64,000 nucleotides of DNA from Candidatus Iainarchaeum sp. (GTDB taxonomy: Archaea > Iainarchaeota > Iainarchaeia > Iainarchaeales > UBA10191): the NCBI GenBank assembly GCA_030649735.1, contig JAUSFL010000036.1, forward strand, positions 32,001 through 96,000, in the 5' to 3' direction. This document shows positions 56,913 through 64,000 of this stretch, in pieces. Position 1 is the stretch's first letter; each line of letters starts with the position of its first letter. Both the position numbers and the translations under genes were made by a program. Below the pieces are notes generated by a model, which did no database searches, was not told the origin of the DNA, and saw nothing but the letters and a program-made list of their open reading frames with translations.

Positions 56913-59249
56913 ATGCAGGCAAAAAAGCCAGAATTGATTCTTCCAGCCGGAAATTTCGAGAATTTGAAGGCCGCGGTCTTGAACGGCGCAGACTCTGTTT
57001 ACGGCGGGGCTAAAAAGTTTAATGCGCGCATTCCTGCAGCAAACTTTGCAGAAAACGAGCTGAATGACGGAATAGACTACTGTCACTTGCATGGAAAGCG
57101 CTTTTACCTAACGCTCAACACGCTAATTAAAGACTCGGAACTGGAAGAGGCGATTGGAATTGCAAAAAACGCTTTCGAACTGGGCGTTGATGCAATAATC
57201 TGCCAGGATTTGGGATTAATCAATGCTTTAAGAGAGCTTTTGCCAGAATTGGAAATTCACGCAAGCACGCAAACAACCTGCCATAACAGCGCTGGCGCAA
57301 AGTTTTTGGAAAACTTGGGGGTTAAGAAAATTGTTCTGGCAAGAGAGCTTTCCCTGCAGGAAATCAAGGAAATCAAAAAAAGCACAAGTGCAGGAATTGA
57401 ATGCTTCATTCACGGGGCATTGTGCTTTTCCTACTCGGGACAGTGCCTGTTCAGCAGTTTTGCATTCAATAAGTCTGGCAATCGCGGGCGATGCCTGCAG
57501 CCTTGCAGGCTAAAGTTCGAGCTTTACTCAAAAGAAGGCATTGAGAAAGGATTTGTGCTTTCAATGAAAGACCTGATGACAATTTACGGCATTAAAGAGC
57601 TCATTAACGCTGGAATTGATTCTTTCAAGGTTGAGGGAAGATTGAAGGGCATTGCTTACGTTGCGTCAGTCGCGCGCGCCTATCGGAAAGCAATAGACTC
57701 TTGCTTTGGCAATTCGGAAAGGCCTTCTGAAGAGGATGTAAAACTAATGAAGATTGCATTCTTGCGCGAGGCGACTAAAGGCTATTTTTTCGAGCAGGAA
57801 ACAATGACTTTTCCTGAAACTCCAATGAGAAAGGGAGTTCTTGCCGCAAAAGTCATTGGGTTCAAGGGAAGGGCAATCAGGCTGAAATTGTTTGAAAGCA
57901 TTTACAAGTGGGACAGGCTCACTGCGTTAAAGGATGATTCTTTGGAAGAATTCAGCGCTGCAAAAATTTTCAGGGATGGAAAGGAAGTGCCAAAGGCAAT
58001 CAAGGGAAACGAGATTGTGATTGAAACCGGCGAAAAGCCATTCTTGGAAATTGGGCAGGAATTGTTTTTTACCTCGCACAAGCTTTTGAAAGACCTGGAG
58101 GAAAAGGCATTGTTTGGCGGGAAAAAAGTTTTTTACTCATTGAAAGTTTTTGCAAAAGTGGGGGAAAACTTGAAGGCGATTGCGGAGTTTGCGGGCAAAA
58201 AATCCGAAGTCGAGTTTGACTTCAGGCCAGAGGCCGCAAAAACTTCGGAATTTTCTGAAAAAATGCTCAAAGAACGCCTGTTCAAAGAGGATGATTTTTT
58301 CAAGCCAGTGAAGTTTGAGGCAAAAATTGATGGCAAAATCTTTATTCCAGTAAGCAAGCTCAAGGAATTCCAAAAGGCAATAATGGATTCAATGCGCGAA
58401 AAATTCTTTGAAGAATTCAGGAAAACTGCCGGAAGCGATTTTGAAGGCAGGATGAAAAGAATGCTTAATTTCAAGGCTCAAAAAATCGGGAAAGAAAAAC
58501 GGGAAATCGCGGTTTTTTGCGACAGTGTTGAACAGGCAGGGCTTGCAAAAGAAAACGCGGATTTTATTGCATTCTATGATTGCGTGGGACTGGAAAAAAT
58601 AGAGAAATTTGCAAAGGAAAATCCGGCAATAAAAATTTTTGTGAAATCTTCAAACATTCAGTCAGACAAGGAATTGCAAGAGTTCGAAAAAAACTTTCTG
58701 AAAGCAAAAACCCCAATAATTTGCTCTAACCTCGGGGTTTTGCAAAAGGCAATTGAGGCAAAATCAAGGTTTTGGGCTGACAGGGAATTGAATTGCTTTA
58801 ATTCATTAAGCGCAAGGCTTTTGGCAGGCCTTGGGGCTGAAAGAATAATTCCTTCTTCCGAATGCTCTTTGCAGCAGCTGGAAATGATTTCAGAAAAGCA
58901 AAAGATCATGCCGCTTGTTTTCCAGTATCCTTTGCTAATGACTTCAAAGGCTTTTGCAAAGAACAGGAAGCCAGGCCGGCTTGATTTGAAGGACAGGAAA
59001 GGATTCGCTTACAGGGCGGTTGTTGAACAAAACGGATTGTTCAGGATTTACAATCCAGTGCCTTTAAGCATGATTTTTGAAGTTGAAAAATTTGGAGAGT
59101 TTTCAGCAATTGGGCTGGATTTCAGGGAAGCCGGCGTGAAAGAAGCCAAGGAAAGCCTTGAGTTCTTGCGTGAAAAGCTTGCTGGAAAAAGCCCCAGGAA
59201 AGAATTCGCGAAATTCACGCGCGGGCATTATTTCAACGAGCTTGAATGA
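56913..59249 (+). CDS. Peptidase U32 family protein (RNA-hydroxylation RlhA/TrhP-like, long form)
   Basis: PELILPAG, HASTQ, LARELSL, HGALCFSYSGQC, NRGRCLQPCR, KVEGR. Confidence 0.9.
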   Translation: MQAKKPELILPAGNFENLKAAVLNGADSVYGGAKKFNARIPAANFAENELNDGIDYCHLHGKRFYLTLNTLIKDSELEEAIGIAKNAFELGVDAIICQDLGLINALRELLPELEIHASTQTTCHNSAGAKFLENLGVKKIVLARELSLQEIKEIKKSTSAGIECFIHGALCFSYSGQCLFSSFAFNKSGNRGRCLQPCRLKFELYSKEGIEKGFVLSMKDLMTIYGIKELINAGIDSFKVEGRLKGIAYVASVARAYRKAIDSCFGNSERPSEEDVKLMKIAFLREATKGYFFEQETMTFPETPMRKGVLAAKVIGFKGRAIRLKLFESIYKWDRLTALKDDSLEEFSAAKIFRDGKEVPKAIKGNEIVIETGEKPFLEIGQELFFTSHKLLKDLEEKALFGGKKVFYSLKVFAKVGENLKAIAEFAGKKSEVEFDFRPEAAKTSEFSEKMLKERLFKEDDFFKPVKFEAKIDGKIFIPVSKLKEFQKAIMDSMREKFFEEFRKTAGSDFEGRMKRMLNFKAQKIGKEKREIAVFCDSVEQAGLAKENADFIAFYDCVGLEKIEKFAKENPAIKIFVKSSNIQSDKELQEFEKNFLKAKTPIICSNLGVLQKAIEAKSRFWADRELNCFNSLSARLLAGLGAERIIPSSECSLQQLEMISEKQKIMPLVFQYPLLMTSKAFAKNRKPGRLDLKDRKGFAYRAVVEQNGLFRIYNPVPLSMIFEVEKFGEFSAIGLDFREAGVKEAKESLEFLREKLAGKSPRKEFAKFTRGHYFNELE

Positions 59250-59290
59250 AAGGATTAAAAACAAGAAACCAGTAATTCTTTCGAAGGCTA

Positions 59291-61051
59291 ATGAATAGGA
59301 AGCTGGCGCTGGTTTTTGTTTTTGCAATTTTTCTTTCAGGCTTTGCTTTCGCAAAGTCTTACTATTTACTTAATGTTTCAGTCGATTACAAGTTCAATGA
59401 AGACGCAAGCATTGACGTGACTGAAGACTTGGTTTTCCAATTCAGCGGGCCTTATAGTTTTGCATATCGGGAAATTACCTTGACTGGAAGCCAAACTATT
59501 GAAGGCTTTCAAGTTTTTGAGAAAACCCAGAATGGGCTTGTTGAATTGACTCCGGAAATTCAGAGTTATCCTTTCAAGGCAACCTGGAAATACCGGGCAG
59601 TCAATGAAAGCAGGGAATTTGTGCTAAAATACAGGCTGAAAAATATTGTAAAGTCTTACTCTGACTCTTTCGAGTTTTACTGGAAGATTTGGGGGGACTA
59701 TTGGGATGCCCCAATCACGCAATTCAATGCAGTGCTTGAGTTTCCAAGGCCACTGGCTGAAGGAAGCAAGGTCTGGGCCCATCCAGCACTAAACGGAAGT
59801 TGGAATATTGACGGAAAGACAGTCACGATTTCCGCCAGCAATATTCCCGCAAGGACTTTTGTCGAAGCTCGCGTGCTTTTCAACAAGGACGTATTGAATG
59901 ATGTTTTCACTGAAAAAATTTCAGGGCCCGGATTGCAGAAAGTCGAAAATGACGAAAGCACTAATGCTTTGATTTACGGCTCGACAGGCTTGCTTTGGGC
60001 CTGGCCGGTGATTGTGCTTTTGGTTTTGGCTTTCTTTTTTTGGGGGTTTTACAAAAAATACGGAATGGAACCGAAAGTGCAGGAAACAAAATACCAGCGG
60101 GAAATCCCTTTTGCGGACAAGCCATACTTGGTGGATTACTTGATGCATTTGAGAATCACTCCAAATGGAATGAGTGCGACATTAATGGACCTAGTGAGAA
60201 GAAAGCACATCAAAATTGAAAAAGTCAAAAAGAAGGGAATTCTTGCAGGAATTTTTGGGGGGGAAGACTACAAGCTGACTAAATTGCCAAGCGCTGACCT
60301 TTTGACAGCGCCGGAAAACTTTTTGATTAATTCAATTTTCAAAAAAAGAGTGGGAAAAGGAATTTTCAATTCAGGCCACCGCAAATCAGTCGTGGAAATC
60401 ACTCTTTCGGAAATTGCAGAAACCAATAAAACTGAAACAACTTCACTTTTTGAGGACTGGAAGCAAGTGGCTGAGCAAAACATTGAAACAAACAAGACAA
60501 AAAACAATTATTTTGACTTTACGGGAAACAAAAAGTTCACGGTTGTTTTAGGTATCTTAATGCTGACAAATTTTATAATATTATGGGCTGGAGTCAAAAT
60601 TATTGCTTTAGCCGCTATTTCGATTGCTGGTTTGGCAGTTTGCGTTGCATTTATTCTCATAGTGGCTATTTTCCCGCGCGCTTTGCCTTCAATGACACAG
60701 CTCGGAGCAGAGCATTACAGCAAATGGAATGCGCTGAAAAGGTTTTTTGACGATTTCAATTACATGAAGGAAAAGACAATTCCAGACATTGTGCTTTGGG
60801 AGCAATACTTGGTTTTCTCGACTGTTTTTGGAAATTCTGAAAAAGTGCTCAAGGAATTCAGGACGCCATTCTCTGCAGAAATGCAAAAGCACAATGCTGG
60901 ATTTTACGCTTTCTCAAGCCCTGCATTTTACAGCGCCTTCAACTCCAGCTTTTCCCAAGCAGGGTTTTCTTCAGCCTCAGCTTCTGGCTCCGGCGGGTTT
61001 TCCGGCGGCGGAGGCGGTGGTGGAGGAGGCGGGGGCGGCGGCGCAGGATAA
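59291..61051 (+). CDS. DUF2207 family membrane protein
   Basis: Signal peptide, W..LKRF, WEQYLVF, poly-Gly C-terminus. Confidence 0.88.
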   Translation: MNRKLALVFVFAIFLSGFAFAKSYYLLNVSVDYKFNEDASIDVTEDLVFQFSGPYSFAYREITLTGSQTIEGFQVFEKTQNGLVELTPEIQSYPFKATWKYRAVNESREFVLKYRLKNIVKSYSDSFEFYWKIWGDYWDAPITQFNAVLEFPRPLAEGSKVWAHPALNGSWNIDGKTVTISASNIPARTFVEARVLFNKDVLNDVFTEKISGPGLQKVENDESTNALIYGSTGLLWAWPVIVLLVLAFFFWGFYKKYGMEPKVQETKYQREIPFADKPYLVDYLMHLRITPNGMSATLMDLVRRKHIKIEKVKKKGILAGIFGGEDYKLTKLPSADLLTAPENFLINSIFKKRVGKGIFNSGHRKSVVEITLSEIAETNKTETTSLFEDWKQVAEQNIETNKTKNNYFDFTGNKKFTVVLGILMLTNFIILWAGVKIIALAAISIAGLAVCVAFILIVAIFPRALPSMTQLGAEHYSKWNALKRFFDDFNYMKEKTIPDIVLWEQYLVFSTVFGNSEKVLKEFRTPFSAEMQKHNAGFYAFSSPAFYSAFNSSFSQAGFSSASASGSGGFSGGGGGGGGGGGGGAG

Positions 61052-61091
61052 AGATTTTAAACACGCAATTCCTGAATTGAATGGTGCCTTA

Positions 61092-61688
61092 ATGATTGGA
61101 ATTCTTGGGAACGAACTGCAGCTGATAATCCTATTTTTCGTGATTTTTGACCCGCTCGCAAGCCTTGTTGTTTTTTTCACTGCAACCAAAAGCATGCCTG
61201 TTGAAGAAAAGAAAAAGATAGCCGCATTGGCAATCACTGTTGCTTCATGCATTTCGGCAGTGTTCTTGATTGCGGGGGAAAGCGTGCTTTACTTGTTCAA
61301 CACAAACATCAACGAGTTCAGGATTGCTGGCGGAATAATTCTCGCAATTTTGGGAGTCAAAATGGCCTTGGGCCAGTCATTGACAGACCCTGATTCAATC
61401 AAGGACAAGCCGTCAAGGGCGATTGCCGCAATCATTGGAACTCCCTTGATAACAGGGCCTGCCGCAATCACTTCAATAATAATTTCAACGCACGATTACG
61501 GCTTTTTGCCGACCGCAATTGCAGTGATTACAGTCATGCTTTTGACTGCCGCAATGTTCTATAATGTCTCAAATCACGCAAGCATTGCAGAAAAAAACCA
61601 GACATTAATCAAAGTGCTTTCAACAATACTCGGGCTGATAACCTTGGCTTGGGGCGTCAACTTCATCAGGGTCGGGCTGGGTTTCTAA
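61092..61688 (+). CDS. MarC family membrane protein
   Basis: FVIFDPL, FRIAGGIIL, PLITGPAAI. Confidence 0.9.
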   Translation: MIGILGNELQLIILFFVIFDPLASLVVFFTATKSMPVEEKKKIAALAITVASCISAVFLIAGESVLYLFNTNINEFRIAGGIILAILGVKMALGQSLTDPDSIKDKPSRAIAAIIGTPLITGPAAITSIIISTHDYGFLPTAIAVITVMLLTAAMFYNVSNHASIAEKNQTLIKVLSTILGLITLAWGVNFIRVGLGF

Positions 61689-61690
61689 AA

Positions 61691-62638
61691 ATGGCCGAAT
61701 ACGTTCTCTGGGCGATTCCCTCGCTTACCTTGATTCTTTGCTCAATCCTGTTCTTTCACTTTTACAAGAAATACGGCGTAGAGCTTTATTCAGGCCGAGA
61801 AATAGTCCAAGTCAAGGAAATTCCATTCAAGGACAAGCCGTACGTTGTGGACTACTTGCTTAATTTGAAGGCCACAACCAATGGAATGGTCGCAACACTG
61901 ATGGACTTGTTCTTAAGAAAGCACATCAAGATAGAGCGGGTTGAAAGCGAAAGCGTTCTCGGAATGATTTTCAAGGGATATGACTACAAGCTTTCAAGGC
62001 TTGAAAGCAATGGCCCATTGGCCCCAAGCGAGCAGGCCCTTTTGGACCTGATTTTTATTAGGAAAGTCAGGACAGGCTGGTTTTCAACAAGCAAAATCCC
62101 ATCCAATGACGTGACTATTTCTGGAATAATATTAAGGCAGGAGCAAGAGGAAACGCCATTAATAGTCGAATGGGCAAGGACTGCGGAAGCTGAAGTGAGA
62201 ACAAACCATGTAGTCAATGACTTTTACAATTTCACGGGAGCAAGAAAATTCAAAATGTCGCTTATTGCATTAGAAGCCGCATTAATTGCGCTCTTGCTTG
62301 CGGGAATTTTCGCCAAGATTCCAGAACTGGCAATAGGCGCTGTTTATTCAATCCCAATAGTGTTCTTATTCCTGCTGATTACTGCATTGGCACCCAGGAT
62401 TCTTTCAAAAATGACTTACTTGGGGGCCGAGCACTACATTAAATGGCTGGGGTACAAGAAATTCCTCACTGACTTCCATTATCTGGAAAAGAAAATCCCT
62501 GAAGACATCACGCTTTGGGAAGAGCACTTGGTCTATGCCACTGTCTGCGGCAATGCCGAGACTGTCTTGAGGGAATTCAGCTATGCGTTTGAAGCGCGCA
62601 AGGAGCCAAAAAACCACGCGGTAGTATTCCACCAATAA
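61691..62638 (+). CDS. Shortened DUF2207 paralog (lacks extracellular N-terminal domain and Gly tail)
   Basis: Shares FYKKYG, EIPF.DKPY.VDYL, GM.ATLMDL and GAEHY.KW with 59291-61051. Confidence 0.8.
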   Translation: MAEYVLWAIPSLTLILCSILFFHFYKKYGVELYSGREIVQVKEIPFKDKPYVVDYLLNLKATTNGMVATLMDLFLRKHIKIERVESESVLGMIFKGYDYKLSRLESNGPLAPSEQALLDLIFIRKVRTGWFSTSKIPSNDVTISGIILRQEQEETPLIVEWARTAEAEVRTNHVVNDFYNFTGARKFKMSLIALEAALIALLLAGIFAKIPELAIGAVYSIPIVFLFLLITALAPRILSKMTYLGAEHYIKWLGYKKFLTDFHYLEKKIPEDITLWEEHLVYATVCGNAETVLREFSYAFEARKEPKNHAVVFHQ

Positions 62639-62680
62639 GCGAAAAGCAAGCATTAAAAACAAAAAAGCAATTTTATTCTT

Positions 62681-63166
62681 ATGGTTCGATTGGAAAGCGA
62701 GCTTTGGAAGTTTTCAGAGCTTTGCGAAACCCACAGCATTGAAAAAACCAATGATTTATTGAGCGAAGGCTGGGTTTTGATTGAAGCCCACGCGCGTGAT
62801 GGAAAAAAGACATTCCTTTTAGGGAAAGAGAAAATCCATCAGGCCGCAAAACTGGATTTGGACAAGGAAATTGAGGCAGTGCTTGAAAAGCACGGGAAAA
62901 AATACGAGAACTTGGATTTTAACGAAAGCAAAGAAGCAATGGAAGTCAACAGTTCAACAATCAAGTCGTTAATCAAAGGCCCTGTTTTTTTAGGGCTGGG
63001 AATTTACATTTTCTTCCAGTCAGCCCAGAAAAGCCTGCTTCTTTTGGGAAGCGAATCAACTTTGCTGCAGAATGTGCTGTTTTTTGCGGGCGTGGTTTTA
63101 ACTCTTGTTGGTTTAATGAATGTTTTAGGATTCATTGCAAAAAAAGAAGGCGGCAAAAATGAATAA
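62681..63166 (+). CDS. Hypothetical protein with two C-terminal TM segments
   Basis: 161-aa ORF. Confidence 0.6.
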   Translation: MVRLESELWKFSELCETHSIEKTNDLLSEGWVLIEAHARDGKKTFLLGKEKIHQAAKLDLDKEIEAVLEKHGKKYENLDFNESKEAMEVNSSTIKSLIKGPVFLGLGIYIFFQSAQKSLLLLGSESTLLQNVLFFAGVVLTLVGLMNVLGFIAKKEGGKNE

Positions 63167-64000
63167 GTCAAGAAAATTCATTGGAGTGGCCTTGGCTTTT
63201 TTTACAATCTTGCTTGCCCAGCTTGTTTTGGCAATTCCAGAGCCGGCAGCTTTGTGGAAGTTTGACGAAAGCTCTGGAAGCACTGCCTTTGACACTAAAG
63301 GGGCATATAATGGGACTCTTGCAGGCAATGCGTCTTTTGTGGCTGGAAAGTTTGGCAATGCCGCAAGCTTTGACGGAACAAACTCTTACATTACTGTAGG
63401 AACAGGCAAGTTTGGAATAACCACTGAATTTTCAATGGCTTACTGGATTTTCCTAAAAGGCTCTACTGGAACAAGCCAGGCAATAATTGCAAGAAGCGCT
63501 TTCACAAGGCCTTTTGTGGCAAACTTGGAAAGCAACTTGAGGCAAAGGTTTGGAGTGAGGACTTCAACAACAAGCTATCTTACCGCGACTTCAGCAATTC
63601 CATTAAGCCAATGGGTTCACGTTGCATTGACTTTCAAAAGCGGGGAAAGAATAGTTTACATTAACGGCCAGCCAATCACAACCGATGCTTGGATTGGAAG
63701 CCTGAATTGGGTTTCAGACAATGAAATCACTGTAATTGGAATGAATCCCGGCTCGCCTTACAGCAATCCATTAAACGCAAACTTGGATGACTTAAGAGTT
63801 TACAATACTGCATTAAGCGCTGCCGAAGTGCAGGAATTGTATTCTGGAATAGTGCAGCCTCCAACATGCACTTTGCCGCAAATTCTTTGCGGAGCGAACT
63901 GCATTACTCCAGCATGCACTTCAAGCGCGCAGTGCAATGACTCAAACCCAAACACAACAGACACATGCAACAACGCAGGAACTTGCACAGCAAACTGCAC
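63159..64000 (+). CDS. Secreted LamG-like jellyroll protein with Cys-rich repeats, 3'-partial (not in ORF track)
   Basis: Read directly: signal peptide, WKFDESSGSTAFD, GKFGNAASFDG, WVHVALT, LDDLRVYNTALS, CNDSNPNTTDTC. Confidence 0.88.
   Translation, partial: MNKSRKFIGVALAFFTILLAQLVLAIPEPAALWKFDESSGSTAFDTKGAYNGTLAGNASFVAGKFGNAASFDGTNSYITVGTGKFGITTEFSMAYWIFLKGSTGTSQAIIARSAFTRPFVANLESNLRQRFGVRTSTTSYLTATSAIPLSQWVHVALTFKSGERIVYINGQPITTDAWIGSLNWVSDNEITVIGMNPGSPYSNPLNANLDDLRVYNTALSAAEVQELYSGIVQPPTCTLPQILCGANCITPACTSSAQCNDSNPNTTDTCNNAGTCTANC

Noticed and set aside
60985-61048. GGC-rich low-complexity repeat
   Set aside because: Encodes the normal poly-Gly tail of DUF2207 proteins
60789-61091. Long N-terminal extension of the MarC ORF in the track
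   Set aside because: Overlaps the DUF2207 gene in another frame; ATG 61092 gives a normal MarC

Overview
This 64 kb window is archaeal chromosome. The evidence is deoxyhypusine synthase, tRNA genes without encoded CCA, BHB-type tRNA introns, a TrmB regulator and an intein-bearing HerA-like ATPase. The compact layout with many basic orphan ORFs suggests a DPANN lineage such as Ca. Iainarchaeota/Diapherotrites (inference only). Housekeeping content includes leuS (partial), argS, a pyrD-K-C-E-F cluster, purF, thiC, a thiI-like gene, DAHP synthase, a DEAD-box helicase, MscL/MscS, a RelE-type TA pair and eight tRNA genes. Four signals stand out. (1) tRNA-Gly(CCC) is followed by three more copies of its own 3' end, which delimit three small integrase-free gene cassettes, two of them ending in the same conserved arm sequence. 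(2) The same ~55-nt pseudoknot-plus-hairpin motif, with six compensatory base-pair changes, lies directly after the 3' ends of tRNA-Trp and tRNA-Ser(CGA). (3) A peptidoglycan amidase/RlpA-like protein is separated from a signal-peptide-bearing upstream ORF only by a -1 frame change at an A11 run. (4) Several further unexplained structured RNAs are present: a 90-nt tRNA-Ser intron, a tRNA-Leu trailer, a free-standing ~88-nt RNA and a hairpin upstream of an NYN gene. All assignments come from reading motifs by eye; no searches were run.
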